NCBI GenBank assembly: GCA_010093995.1
Contig: ML992502.1
Coordinates: 923,001 to 987,000, forward strand
Direction of reading: 5' to 3'
From: Elsinoe ampelina
Lineage: Eukaryota
Length of the DNA: 64,000 bases
In this document: piece by piece, positions 12,720-24,447 of the stretch
Numbering within the stretch: the first letter of the stretch is position 1
Layout of the letters: every line of letters begins with the position of its first letter
Notes under the pieces: model-generated
What the model was told of the DNA's origin: nothing
What the model saw: only the letters and a program-made list of their open reading frames with translations
The model's database searches: none
Made by a program: the position numbers and the translations under genes

Positions 12720-13820
12720 CTCAAATAACATTACTATTCATCCATCTCCCACGCATACTCCAACTCCTTCGTACTCTGCTGCTTATTCCTCGCAGCAAAC
12801 CACTTCCTCTCAAACCCATTACTCCTATCCACTCCATCCCACCTATACCCCGGCTTAATCCCATACCTATTCGGCTCCGCCGCCCCCTCATACACCTTCC
12901 TCCTCCCCTTCTTCTTCCCTCCCGTCGTAGTCGTCCCCACCATCTGCGCCATCGGATCATTCCACCTCCCCTTCTCCTTCATCTCCTTATTCAGCTCCTC
13001 ATCATCCGCATACCTCGCCACACCCAACAACTTGGCATCCTCCAACTCCCTCCTCCTCCCTTCCTTCTCCCGTCTCTGCACATCCCCCACCGCCCCCTCT
13101 TTATCCTCCAGCCTCTTCCTCTCCTCCTCCTCCGCCTTCCGTCTCATCTCCGCCCTCTTCATCGCCACGTCAATCCGCCTCCCGCTCGCGTCACGGTATA
13201 CCGTCTCCTGCGCCTTCCCCTCGGGATCGATGCCCATCTCCTGCATGGCTTTCTTTTCCAGCTTCTCCTTCCGCTTCAGCGCTGCCGTGACTTGTGCCGC
13301 GGTCTGCAGACCCGCCATGGCGCCATTCGCCATCGTCGGGCCGTCGTAGTTACCTTCTTCGTCCACGATGGCGGGGGCGTCATCGTCGTCTCGTACACGC
13401 GAGGCTTTTTCCTCCGCGGCGTCTTGCAGGATGGCGTCGGCGGCGGCTTGCTCGGCGTTGGTCGGGGCGGTGCTGCCGTAGGTTTTCCAGGTGGTGGTGC
13501 GGTTGGAGCCCGCGTGGGAGGAGCCGACTATGACAGGGGAGAATTCGTCGTCTGAGCCTGTGGCGCGGGAGGGGCCGGTGAGGGTGTCGTCTTCGTCGGC
13601 GATGATGAGGCCCGAGGTTGCGTGTTTGCGTTTGCGCTTTTTTGAGGGCTTGTCGGCGGAAAGGTAGTTTTTGGCGAGGTAGTCGGCGAGACCCATTATG
13701 GTGGTTGGTGGGAGGTCGAGACTCAGTGAAGAGGTCGATGTGATGCGGCGGTGGTGGATGGAGGGAGTAACTTTTTTGAGGTGAGCTTTGAGGGCCTTGG
13801 CGCTGGCGGGGCGAGTAAGG
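12720..13820. other. Skew-inversion domain B (switch ~13300-13400)
   Basis: C/T-rich at 12720-13200 and G-rich at 13430-13820, extending upstream of the BUD13 ATG. Confidence 0.8.
12734..13696 (-). CDS. BUD13: Pre-mRNA splicing factor Bud13/Cwc26 (RES complex)
   Basis: ETVYRDASGR, RWNDPM and PNRYGIKPGYRWDGVDRSNGFE motifs. Confidence 0.95.
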   Translation of the reverse strand: MGLADYLAKNYLSADKPSKKRKRKHATSGLIIADEDDTLTGPSRATGSDDEFSPVIVGSSHAGSNRTTTWKTYGSTAPTNAEQAAADAILQDAAEEKASRVRDDDDAPAIVDEEGNYDGPTMANGAMAGLQTAAQVTAALKRKEKLEKKAMQEMGIDPEGKAQETVYRDASGRRIDVAMKRAEMRRKAEEEERKRLEDKEGAVGDVQRREKEGRRRELEDAKLLGVARYADDEELNKEMKEKGRWNDPMAQMVGTTTTGGKKKGRRKVYEGAAEPNRYGIKPGYRWDGVDRSNGFERKWFAARNKQQSTKELEYAWEMDE

Positions 13821-13881
13821 CATCGATCATCTTCAGTTCAACATTGTTCTTCTCAAAACAAGATCATGTAATTTGAACGAC

Positions 13882-14463
13882 ATGCCTCGATCGGATGAGG
13901 CACAAGCATGGTTTCATGCTGTATATTCGGCGGTTCAGGAGATTCCCCATGGCAAGGTCACGTCTTACGGACATATCGCGAAGCTGATAGGCAGGCGTGA
14001 GTACAGCGTCAAAGGCAAGCGGACCTCTTTCCTAAACCATCCTTACAGCGGAAAGACCAAGGTAAAGACTATGAAGACAGCACAGTCGGCCCTGATTCTC
14101 AATCGATTACAGACAGGTCGGGGTCTGCTTGAAGCATTTACCTGATGGCTCAACGCAGCCAGATGCGGTCTACAACAGCAATACAGTTCCATGGCCGAGA
14201 GTCATCAACTCGAAAGGGAGTATCAGTCCGAGGTAATTACTGTCTGGTTCAATCATACCTCACAAGTAGCTGAGGTAGTTTTCAGAGGACCAAATGGAGC
14301 TTCAAGGCAAGCTACAGCTTTGAGGGCTGAAGGTGTAACAGTGGAACGAAGTGCTATGGGAGAGCTATCAGTCAATTTGGGGGAGTACGGGTGGTTCCCG
14401 ACCATGCTTCCCAGTGAGGAGGCAGAGATCGAATCGAGCGAAGATGAAGACACTCCTTCGTGA
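13882..14463 (+). CDS. ATL1: Alkyltransferase-like protein (MGMT/ATL family)
   Basis: Exons 13882-13996, 14049-14061, 14113-14232 and 14286-14463. VQEIPHGKVTSYGHIA, PERPRQVG and VPWPRVINSKG motifs; Trp replaces the catalytic Cys. Confidence 0.85.
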
Positions 14464-15539
14464 CAGGATCGCAAACTACTTGGTTGAGGGTGTCGTGGCT
14501 TCTGTGCCAGCTCTGTCATGATGATGGTTGCCGGTCATCTGGGGGGTCGTGTCAGATGGTATTAGAGCCAAGTTCTGGTGACGCCCCTTCGATCGTCCCC
14601 GAGGTACAACAGCGCAACACGGAACACAACCTTGATGAAGAGACAAAGATCGACTGCATGCCTGCTTCGGACATGCTGCCGCAGCGGGTTATTCCTGGGA
14701 ACGAGTCAAAGGGCGGCTCTTTCATGTGATCGAGAATGACGTGGGGTTGGTTGGTCGATGAACAGGCTGAGGCGCATGGCGAATTCCGATTCCAACGTGG
14801 GCCCAAAACAGCCATTTGAGTGGAGAACAATCAACAACGTCGCGCCCCATTTATTGTCGGTTTCGAATCGCAACCCGTCACCTGACTGCCCATTCAGATC
14901 ACCACGTTGCCTGTTTGTGCTTCGTAATGGCTTCTGTGCCCTGCTTATCGAGAGATCAAGTGAACGGCTGGTCTTCTCGTTGCGTCTGCGATTACGACGG
15001 CGCATCCGGCCCTGGACATGTCCATCACTGGTACGGCAGTGGCTGAAGCCATTACTTGGTCGCAGCCTGTATCAGACCTGTTCCCTCGTCCCCTTCTCTT
15101 ATCAGTCCCCCGCCCCAGTCTCCGATCCGTACCGCAGACTATCAGCTAAGCTCCCAGGCTCACTAAGACAGCTATTCCGCAACGCGTTTGTTCATAACAA
15201 CAGACCTTCCTCTCGCGACCTTTCTTTGTTCACGTCAAGTACATACTACTCGCAGCTTCTATTCATTACCATCTTCGATCGTCCAACTTTCATCTTTGTC
15301 ATCTACGAATCCTCCGAGCACCTTCCCGTCTGTTCCTCATTCAATCACCGCGCTTCCTCAGCCTCCGTGACTCAACGAGGCAACCTCGACTCACACCCAC
15401 TTGTCCGCAGCAAGCGGCCTTGACAGTCACTTTGCCAAAAGTTCACTTATTAACAAAGGCAAACACCTAACAAACAACCTACATCCTTCATATCCACACT
15501 CCATCTTTCATCACTGTCGCTTCACCATCACCGTCGGCT

Positions 15540-16260
15540 CTCCCCGGCTCAAATCCCCGCATACGTCACACCATCAACAGATCGACAACCCATCACCCGA
15601 CCCCCCTCTACCACCACCAACCAATAATGGCCACCAAATCCGACCTCCGCAGCACAACCCGCGACGCCCACCGCGCCGCAACCCAAAAAGCCAAATGGGC
15701 CCACGGCATCGCCTCCGCTCCAGGGCGACACCCGTCCAAGCCGCGTCCCGTCCGCATCTCCGATCTGGCCGCAAGCAAGACCCGCGTGTCCGGCTCCAGC
15801 TCCAAAGCCGCCGGGGCAGCCAATGAAGACATCGCCGACGTGACGGCCGAGTGGCCCTCGCTTCAGGTCGTGCTGGGCAGTTCTCCGGGGGGGTACAGCC
15901 ACTCGTCTGCAGAGGGGAGCGAGGAGGACGAAGAGCAGGAGGCGGTTCGGATGGTGGAGGAGTATGAGAAGTTGGAGGAGATGTATGGTGCTGAAGGCAC
16001 GATGCCTGGTTCTGGTAGCCAGGTGCTGCATGGGGCGTTGAGCAAGGCTATTGAGGCGTTTGAGGACAAGGAGACGGTGAGGATTGTTAAGAGTGAGTGG
16101 GCCATGTTGGACGAGGGAGGGGAGGAGGTGGGATTCGTTGCTGGGAAGCGAGGGAAGGGGAAGGAGAGGGAGGAGGAGATGTGCGGTGGGGAGTTTGAGA
16201 TGGTTTAGCTGGGAATGTGTACGATGGCGTCGGTTCGGTTTGATCGCTCTGGGTAGAGTC
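15540..16260. other. Skew-inversion domain C (switch ~15850-15900)
   Basis: C/A-rich 5' part followed by G-rich 3' part. Confidence 0.75.
15627..16208 (+). CDS. Hypothetical protein (193 aa)
   Basis: ATG in good context. Helical acidic C-terminal segment (LSKAIEAFEDKETVRIVKSEW). No family recognised. Confidence 0.6.
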   Translation: MATKSDLRSTTRDAHRAATQKAKWAHGIASAPGRHPSKPRPVRISDLAASKTRVSGSSSKAAGAANEDIADVTAEWPSLQVVLGSSPGGYSHSSAEGSEEDEEQEAVRMVEEYEKLEEMYGAEGTMPGSGSQVLHGALSKAIEAFEDKETVRIVKSEWAMLDEGGEEVGFVAGKRGKGKEREEEMCGGEFEMV

Positions 16261-16608
16261 AGTCGGTTTAGCGAGGCGCTCATGAGATGGTATCTCCGGT
16301 GAAGCCATCAAGGATATGATGCGCGGTTTACTTGTCAACCTCACAATGGACATTTCTTCCGAGCACTAGTCGACAATTGTCGCGGTGCGAAACCTACTTT
16401 GCTCCTTTTACAGTGTGCGAAACATGATGTGCAGTGCTTCGCGCTCCCATGCATACATTCAATGACGACAATCATTTGTACATCTCCGCCGTTCAAATCA
16501 GAGACATTCTGTGTCTCTTTTGCGTGGCCATGCTCCTTTTTTCCATTCCATACACCTCATACACAGACCAAACCACCATTACCTTGCCTTTCAATGCTAC
16601 CCGGGCGT

Positions 16609-18357
16609 CTAAGCCGAGTACATCGCCTCTACGCCATAGACAATCCCAAAGAACAGAAACGCCAACGCACCCCCCAACGTGACTGCCATCGTCAGTCTCA
16701 CATGTCATATCTGCCAGAGCAGGGATGTACTCACCAACTCTCAGACTCACCCTCCCAGCCAACGCCCTCCCCCCGAGCACCGCAACACCAGTACACATCG
16801 CATGCCCCACCACCGCACCCCCGGTCACCCACCAATAATCCTGCCCGGCCGCCATCGCAATCGTCGCGATCTGGCTCCTGTCCCCCCACTCCCCCAGGAA
16901 CGTCATGATAAAAGTCTGCACCCAAGCCGGACTCAACACCAGACTGAAAAGATTATTCAAGCCGCCCAGAATCCCACTGAGACTCGCCCCCCTCCCGCCC
17001 GGCGACGGCGACCGACTGCCCTCACTACTCGGGCTCTCAGGCGGTGCCGGCAACTGGGTTCCCAGACGAGACTTCGCCCCCCTCCCACGTCCAGCTTCAA
17101 GCGCATGCGCGGACAACGACGACCCCCTCCTCCTCCTCCCCGAATTCGTCCTCGCGAGGTGTTCCTTCTCCTCCAACTCGGCCTCCACCTCCTTCATTTC
17201 CTCGCCCACACCGCTATCCTTGGGCATCGCCAGGCCTTCACGCAACATCTTCGCCCCGAACACCAGGAACAGCGCGGCCGCCGCGAACGCCACCAGCCGG
17301 CGCGGGAGCAGCGACGGCACCGCGTGCCCCAGTACTGCGGAGAGGACGGTCATGACGAACAGCGCGGAAAAGGCGGCGGAGAAGACGACGACGCGGTCGT
17401 GGCGCATGGCCATTAGCGCGGCGACGAGGAAGGTTTTGTCGCCGATTTCGGAGAAGAGGATCATGATGAGGGCCAGGACGAAGGAGTGGAGGGGTTGGAT
17501 GAGGGTGTCCCCTTCTGACGAGCCGGGCGAGTGTGCGGAGGGGGTGGAGCCGTCGGTGGAAGGGGGAGGGGTGGGGCGTTTTTTGCCTTCGGTGTAGGGC
17601 ATGGTTTCGACTAGGTAGGCGCCTTTTTTGGAGGTGGAGGCGTCTTTGGGCTTGGTGTTGGGGGAGTCGGGGAGGTCGGCGGGTTTCTGGGAGGGTTAGC
17701 TGGGGAAGGATGGTAGAAGGGGGGTAGTACCTCTAGGCCGACGGCGCCTTTGGGTTTCTCCATTGATTCGTCCATGCCGTCCTTTGTGGGCGGCTGTTCG
17801 CTGTGTGGGAGCGGTGGTGCTTCTGATGGTGCCTTGGGCTTCTTCTCTAGCTTCTCGCCTGTCTTTGCTTCCTTTTGCTTCTGCTTCTTGCTCTTCTCGG
17901 ACACTCCTCCTTCTGTGCCTGTGGTGCCGTGTTCTGGACTGGGTCGATCGGGATCGTCCATCACCCCATCGTTCTTGTCGGGTATCCGTGAGCCTTTTGA
18001 TCTGCCTTCCTCTTTGGCTAGCTGCTTCTCAAGCTTCTTGACCGAGTCCGGGACCGGGACATTGTCGTCGCTGAGCTTCCCCGACTTTTTCTTCGAGTCT
18101 GTGTCCTTGCCTACCCAGGGGCCGGCGTGCGGCTTGCCATCTTTGCCGTCTACCGGCGCATCTTTGGTGCCAATCTCTTTCCCTGAAGATGTTTGAGTGG
18201 AGGATTGAGCAATGTCATCGTAGTCGAGGCTCTCAGCGCTGCGGCCAGCGACAGCTACCGGAGGCTCTAGTTGAGGTTGGGCATTCGCCGATACTGTCGC
18301 GAGCAATGAAGGAAGCACGAGCCATAATAATGGCTTCCATTGTCGTCGTACACGCAT
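16609..18357 (-). CDS. GDT1: GDT1/UPF0016 (TMEM165) Ca2+/Mn2+ transporter
   Basis: Signal peptide. Duplicated motifs SEIGDKTF and GEWGDRSQ. Introns at 17687-17730 and ~16685-16734. Last exon VTLGGALAFLFFG...MYSA*. Confidence 0.92.
16700..17730. other. Skew-inversion domain D (switch ~17320-17340)
   Basis: C-rich at 16740-17300 and G-rich at 17340-17730, including the GDT1 intron. Confidence 0.8.
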
Positions 18358-19039
18358 GTCGGCGTGTTGTGTAGAGGATCGAGGATTGTGTCGTGGCCAG
18401 ATGAACTGCGCTAAGGAGGCTTCGAGGTGCGCAGAAGTCCGCGGGGAGCTGGTCGTGGTATGCAGTACAACGAGCGAGAGCAGAGCGCCAGAGATCAAGC
18501 TTAAAGAGCCATGAAGTGTTCCAAGATTTGCTTGGTTATTCTGGGAAGATTGTTGATGCCTGAGCTATGCAAAAGCTGTCGCCTCTGAATGCGCGAGGAC
18601 CTTGGTTTTTGCCCAAAGCTTTCTCCGCGCGCTGCCAAAAGTCTGAACTTCAGGGGTCCTTCAACAGTCGTGCCGTCAGGGGTCGGGTATAGTGCACCAC
18701 GAACTACCAGAACTTCGAGGCAAGGGCTTCCGCTACAAAGGCACAGTCGTGACTAGGACTGATAATCTTGTGGGTAATACTACCAGCTTGACGGCATGGT
18801 CATCGTGTGGATGCGGGATCACAACAGTGGTAGTACGTCTTCCTGTTCAACCACGGCATTGCATTGCAGGGTGCATTGATTGATCCTGTGTGAGAGCGGA
18901 ATGCACACGCGTCACGGGACAGAGCCGCAACAGTCGTTCTCTGGGCGGCCAACAGGAGTGGCAATGTCCGAAGCATGCGGCACTCAAGGGATGCTTGCGC
19001 GGCACAAATCTGTGAAAGATCCATTGCTACACGTACGAC

Positions 19040-20689
19040 TCAAGCTCCCATGGCTTTCTGCAATAATCCACCAATCCCATTTAGTCCTCCTTCATCACTC
19101 GTAACAATGCGCTTGGGTATCTCAAATTCCACGACGGGTGCCTTCTTCAGTGTCTTCCCTAGCTCGGCATCGACCAGTCCATCATATGTGTGATCCAAAA
19201 AGTCCTCAAGATTGTACTCCTGCTTCGTGAATTGTTCGCCAATGATCTTGGCCAGAGTGGCGACATTGGGATGGTAGTGATGCTGCAATGATGCAAGCTC
19301 CCATAACGAGCTTTCCAATGCCCCTGTTTCCATTGGATCGACCTCGAGCATGTCGAATGGATCATCCATTCCGGAAGATTCTAGCTCAGCCTTTTGTGCG
19401 ACATCTTTCGTCTGTCGGTGGAGCAAGAAGGTGCATTGTGGGTGCTTCTTCATCATGTTGTAGACCCAAGGGACGACCATGACAATCCCTCCAGGCGGTG
19501 CGTGAAGTGCGAGTCTAGATAGTCTCTTGATGAAGCTCGCCACGAGTCCGGCAGGCAGATGTGATGAAGCCAAGAAGACTTCGAGAAGTCGGAAGAAACG
19601 AGCTCGGTGTTTGGAATGAAGAATGTTCTCATCCAGCAAAGAGTATAGCTTTGCGTAGAATTGTGGGTAGTCGAGATTCCTCTCCTTGATGAGGTAGTAT
19701 ACGCCTGAAAGGGCAAGCAGTGATGTCGGTCCGCCAGCATCGTATGAGTCAATCAAGAAGTCCATGAGCATTTCGGGTCGTGAGAACCAAGGAGCAATCT
19801 TCTCTGTGAAAGCGTCCAAAATCTTCTTCCGCTGGTCGTTGTCCAAGGACGACTTGAAAATCGACAACCACGCTTCTTGTGCTTGTTTGAGATGTGCTTT
19901 TAGTGAAAGGAGGTAGTGCGTGGACGGCTCCGGGGTCGTCCCATACCAATCCTGCAATTGATCTTTGGAGTCTGGAATGCCTTCGACCCTCAGCAGCAAA
20001 TCTAGAGCGTTACTAGTTGCAGAGTGTCGCTGCGATTCTGCAAGGGAAAGCTCGAACAATGCCCGAGTAACAGCCAGATAAGTATAGAATCGCACGTCGT
20101 CATGCTCTTCCACAAAAGTCTCCACAAACTCTGCTCGGGGTCCCTCCAAATCGGTCTGAAACACAAGTGTACGGACTAAGCTGTGGAAAGCCCCATTCTT
20201 CCATGCTTGCGAAGACCTTGTTTCGGACTGAGATACCTCTGCTTTGACAATACGCATGAGCAGTGTCAATGCCGTGCTCTGTGCTTGAGGGTCATCCTGG
20301 CTGAGGAGCTTGCAGAGCCCTCGCACAAAGACCTCGAGATGCTCTCTGAGCCAGTCCACTTCATCCTTTTCCTCCAGTGAAAGTCCTTTTACTTTGACAA
20401 GCCTCTCAGCGGCGATGAATCTGTAGAAAATCCTGCATAGTGCGACGCCAGAACCCAGTCGAGCTTCCAGGTCTTGCTGCTTGCTCTTGAAGGTCTTCAG
20501 CAATTTTGTGACTCCATCTTGAACCTCTCCAGTCTCCAGTATGTCGGATTCCAGTTGTAGTATCTGTTCTTGAATATCATCTTCGCTTCCACTTTCGTCT
20601 CTTCGTTGCGCAACTCTTCGCTTCGATGTATGCCCATCGGCTCGCTTTCTCTTCTTCGCCTGGGAGGACTCCACTATCACTCCAGGCAT
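19040..20689 (-). CDS. NOC4: Nucleolar complex protein Noc4 (CBF/Mak21 family)
   Basis: NLDYPQFYAKLYSLLD, HLPAGLVASFIKRLSR and SSLWEL...HYHPNV motifs. Start at MPGVIVE (alternative start 20707). Confidence 0.92.
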   Translation of the reverse strand: MPGVIVESSQAKKRKRADGHTSKRRVAQRRDESGSEDDIQEQILQLESDILETGEVQDGVTKLLKTFKSKQQDLEARLGSGVALCRIFYRFIAAERLVKVKGLSLEEKDEVDWLREHLEVFVRGLCKLLSQDDPQAQSTALTLLMRIVKAEVSQSETRSSQAWKNGAFHSLVRTLVFQTDLEGPRAEFVETFVEEHDDVRFYTYLAVTRALFELSLAESQRHSATSNALDLLLRVEGIPDSKDQLQDWYGTTPEPSTHYLLSLKAHLKQAQEAWLSIFKSSLDNDQRKKILDAFTEKIAPWFSRPEMLMDFLIDSYDAGGPTSLLALSGVYYLIKERNLDYPQFYAKLYSLLDENILHSKHRARFFRLLEVFLASSHLPAGLVASFIKRLSRLALHAPPGGIVMVVPWVYNMMKKHPQCTFLLHRQTKDVAQKAELESSGMDDPFDMLEVDPMETGALESSLWELASLQHHYHPNVATLAKIIGEQFTKQEYNLEDFLDHTYDGLVDAELGKTLKKAPVVEFEIPKRIVTSDEGGLNGIGGLLQKAMGA

Positions 20690-20863
20690 GTTGTCCGACT
20701 TGTTCAAAGGTCAGCGCAAAATTCCAGTCTGATGGATCAAGAAATATTTCCGGAATGCTCGACCCAAAATAGTTTAGCGTCTTGGCCATCTCCAAGTTCC
20801 GTCAACCTCGCTCCTCACCAAAACCTCAATACCAGCCAGAACACCGCCCATAACAACTCTAAA

Positions 20864-21760
20864 ATGGCCTCACGCCTCGCTCGCACGGCGCTCGGTGAGT
20901 CTTTGATACCTACCGACACCAATTGGAGACGCAATGGACGCTAACAAGTACAGGCGCTGCCCGAGCGCGCCCTTCTCTCCGCATGCAAAGCCTTCCGGCA
21001 ATCTCCAGCACAAGCACGATCAACGCACGCTACGCCTCTGGTGTCCCTCAGCAAGATCCCAAGGAGAAGGCTGCTTCAATTCTCGACAGTCTGCCAGGGA
21101 ACAACCTTGTCTCAAAGACAGCCATTCTGTCCGCTGGAGCCGGTCTGTCAATCGCGGCGATCTCCAACGAGCTTTACGTCGTCAACGATGAGTCTATCGT
21201 CATGTTCAGTCTTCTGACCATTTACTGGGCTATTGCTCACTACGGTGGTCCCATGTACAACAGCTGGGCTGATGGTCAAATGGAGAAGATGCGCAAGATC
21301 TTCCGGGAAGCCAGGGCGGATCACACCAATGCTGTTAAGACCAGGGTAGAAAGTGTCAAGGATCTCAGTAGTGTCGTTGAGGTTACCAAGAACCTTTTCG
21401 CCGTTTCAAAGGTGAGTCGATTGGGCATGCGTAGTAGTGGATAGTGATCTGACATGATCTACAGGAGACTGCCCAGCTCGAGGCTCAGGCTTATGAGCTC
21501 GAGCAGAAGACTGCTGTGGCTGCTGAGATCAAGACCGTTCTCGACTCATGGGTCAGGTATGAGGGTCAGGTCAAGCAGAGGCAACAGCGTGAGCTCGCCG
21601 AGAGCATCATTGCCAAGATCGAGAAGGAGCTTCAAGACCCCAAGGTGCTCAAGCAGATCCTCGACCAAAGCGTCAAGGATGTTGAGCGTAAGTTGTACAG
21701 TATGACACCGGATAACAGTGACTGACTTTCACAGGCATTGTCACTTCGTCCAAGGCATAG
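20864..21760 (+). CDS. ATP4: Mitochondrial ATP synthase subunit b (4)
   Basis: MASRLARTALG presequence; LDSLPGNNLVSKT, ISNELYVVNDE and LDSWVRYEGQVKQRQQ motifs. Three GT-AG introns. Confidence 0.95.
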
Positions 21761-21959
21761 ATCACACCAGGTGAGAGGTGATGATTGTGTAATTGAGGTG
21801 GTTGGGACGATGTAGATATAGAGGAGCTACAAAGAAGTCAATCAACAAGCAAGTCGTTCTAAATTTCGAATCACGCGCGTCGTCGTATCGCTATGCCCTG
21901 GGATTGGTTCAGCAAAGGCGATTTTGCCAATCAAGTAAGGAAAAAGACATGATCATGAC

Positions 21960-22950
21960 ACTAGTGAACCCAACGCCAGCTACCAGACCTAAAGTACAAT
22001 ACCCTACAAGCACAACCCAAACACTTCCCCCGTCAACTCCCACCCCCTCCTCCTCCACCACCACAACCCCCACCGCCTCCATCACCACCACCCCCGCCCC
22101 ACCCTCCCCTTCCCCCATCCCCTCCAAACCACCCACCCCCACCCGTATCCCCACCACTCGAAAAATCCAAATCAAAATGCCCCAAAGCGTGCCTCTTCCC
22201 CCTGCCCCCGGGCTTCCCTTTCTTCGCCCTCTCCCTCTCATAAACATACACCCCCATCAAAACCATCAGGCTCGCCATCTCCTCCCTCTCCGTCACGGGC
22301 CGGATCCACTTGACGCTCCCTCGGTCCTTGCCGTGGAACCCAACCAGGTCGAACACGGCCAACACTTGTCCGGTTTCGTCGGTCAGTTGCAGTGCCCTTT
22401 TGTCGTCGCGCGCGCGGTGGCCGGAGCGCGTCTTCTCTGCGCGGGACCAGGCGAGGTGTCGCGGTGGAGACGTCCCGGGGACGGTGAAGTCTGTCCTGCC
22501 GGAGTAGTGGTCTGCGCGCAGGGTCTCCCAGTGTGAGACGCGGCCGGTGGACAGGTCGGGGAGGCCGAGCTCGGAGTCCCGGAGGAGGTGTCTTTTGAGG
22601 GATGCGATGGGCGTGGCGTTGCTGTTTGTGCCGCGGTGGAGGGAGAGGTTGGGGCGGGAGGCGACGGTGATGGGGGTTTCGGAGAGGTGGAGGTTGGTGG
22701 TTAGGCTGGTGAGGTGGAGGGGTTGGAGGACGTTGTACCAGTGGCCGGTGCGGTGGAGGGTCATAGGTGGGGGGAGTCGGGAGGGGGGAGGCGGTGGGGA
22801 GGGGGCGTAGTAGCCTGTGAGTGGGGGGGAGGGCATAGTGGGATAGTGATAGTCGTCTGGACCTGAGCGGGGCATTGCGTAGGGTTGGTGGTATGTTTGG
22901 TATGTTGCGGCCATGATTTGGGTGATAGTGGGGGAGGGGGAGCAGGATGG
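21960..22950. other. Skew-inversion domain E (switch ~22400-22500)
   Basis: Extreme C runs at 22020-22290 and G runs at 22550-22950. Confidence 0.85.
22033..22914 (-). CDS. Hypothetical protein with Pro-rich N-terminus and Gly-rich C-terminal tail
   Basis: 293-aa ORF with a central beta-strand-like region (LQLTDETGQVLAVF). Family not assigned. Confidence 0.65.
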   Translation of the reverse strand: MAATYQTYHQPYAMPRSGPDDYHYPTMPSPPLTGYYAPSPPPPPSRLPPPMTLHRTGHWYNVLQPLHLTSLTTNLHLSETPITVASRPNLSLHRGTNSNATPIASLKRHLLRDSELGLPDLSTGRVSHWETLRADHYSGRTDFTVPGTSPPRHLAWSRAEKTRSGHRARDDKRALQLTDETGQVLAVFDLVGFHGKDRGSVKWIRPVTEREEMASLMVLMGVYVYERERAKKGKPGGRGKRHALGHFDLDFSSGGDTGGGGWFGGDGGRGGWGGGGGDGGGGGCGGGGGGGGS

Positions 22951-23560
22951 ACTTGACCATATTTATAACCTACCTCGAGTTTGCCTATTTTCATCGCAGT
23001 GGTCAAAGCGTGTCGCACGTTACAATGCTGTGCCTCGACGTGGTATGCGATTTCCGAGATTTAGCTTAGAACTGGTTGTAGGATGGCTGACAGGAAGGCA
23101 AGCTGGCGAACCAGATTTTGTCTTGCCTGCACTGCCCGACGCCGCGGGCGACAAAGCCAACGCACATGATCATCGCTGTCTAGCTGTTGGATCCAAGTGA
23201 AGCGAGAATGTCTCACCTAGTCGCTGATGGTTCTCTAGATGATTGCCGATAGATATCAGTACGCCTTTTTGCAAAGGCAAGAGGGTGGAGTTGAGGCTCT
23301 GGCTTTGCTCTGACGTGCCGGCCGGAAAAGAGCGTAGAGAGCGTGAAGAGGTTCCTGGCATGTGAAAACGTGGGGAAATGCGGTTGCCAGGAGCCGAGGC
23401 TACGGTTCAAGAACCACACCCCGTGACAGCAACACAGTTGAACATCTCCTTTGCTGTGAGCTTCTCTTATGCTACTATCGCATACAATTTGCATTCCATC
23501 TGCACTTTCATAAAGTCAATGCTTCAGTGACACCAGCATCCCGACCTCCTTTCCATCTAA

Positions 23561-24447
23561 ATGGCCGATCTGCAGGCTCTCCAGGTGGGTATCCTATCAC
23601 CAAGCTACTAAACACTTCCTAACAGCTGCAGGCCGCGGCCGAGCGCATTATCCTCGATCCCAAATATCATGCGCCTCTCACACTTGTCAAGGCAATCCGA
23701 AATGGTCTTGTCTATGGCACCAAGATCCGCTTCCCCCATGCCTTGGTCATGGTCTTTCTCTTCCGCTCTGGGACGTATGTACTGCATTCCCCACCGATCT
23801 TCCAATCATTGACCGATAACTAGCTTCCGAGAGAAAGCGACACAAGTTTTCAAGGCTACACGGCAACACGCGCAGAACCTGGCCACCTTTGCGCTCATTT
23901 ACAAGACAACATGTCTAGTATTGCGGTCAGCACACCCCCGCAATAAGGAGAGGAGTCTGGACACCTTCATTGGTGGTCTATTGGGAGGCTACTACGTGTT
24001 CGGGAGGAAGAAGAACAGTGTCAATCAACAGATTGTCATTTACATCTTCGCAAGAGTCGTGCTTGGCCTGGCGAAGCTGTCGATACAGCCTCCAGGGGAC
24101 AATGCACTGGTTGGTGCGCGGTACGGCGGTAGAGGTGGCATGGGTGTCATCAAGCTCAATGACGAAATGAGAGAGAGGATCAGTAAGGCTGCATGGCCTG
24201 CCTTTGCCAGTCTTAGCTGGGCTCTGGTCATGTGGCTGTTCAGGTGGTATCCTGACACTCTTCAAGCATCGCTAAAAGCGAGCATGACATACATGTTAGT
24301 AGCATCTCTTTTTCTCCTCTCTCAGTCGCTTCGTCATCGCTATACCTCGGGAAGAATTTTTACTGATTTGATTTCTTTTCCTCGTTTAGATACGAGAACG
24401 CAGATCACTGGGACTCGTTACGGAACTTTGCCTGGCATAACAAATAG
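23561..24447 (+). CDS. PXMP4: Peroxisomal membrane protein 4 (PXMP4/PMP24, Tim17 family)
   Basis: RNGLVYGTKIRFPHALVM, ATRQHAQNLA and SVNQQIVIYIFARV motifs; ends DHWDSLRNFAWHNK. Three introns. Confidence 0.9.

Noticed and set aside
14552..15423. 221-aa and shorter ORFs between ATL1 and the 15627 gene
   Set aside because: No coding-like composition or motifs; probably intergenic or UTR.
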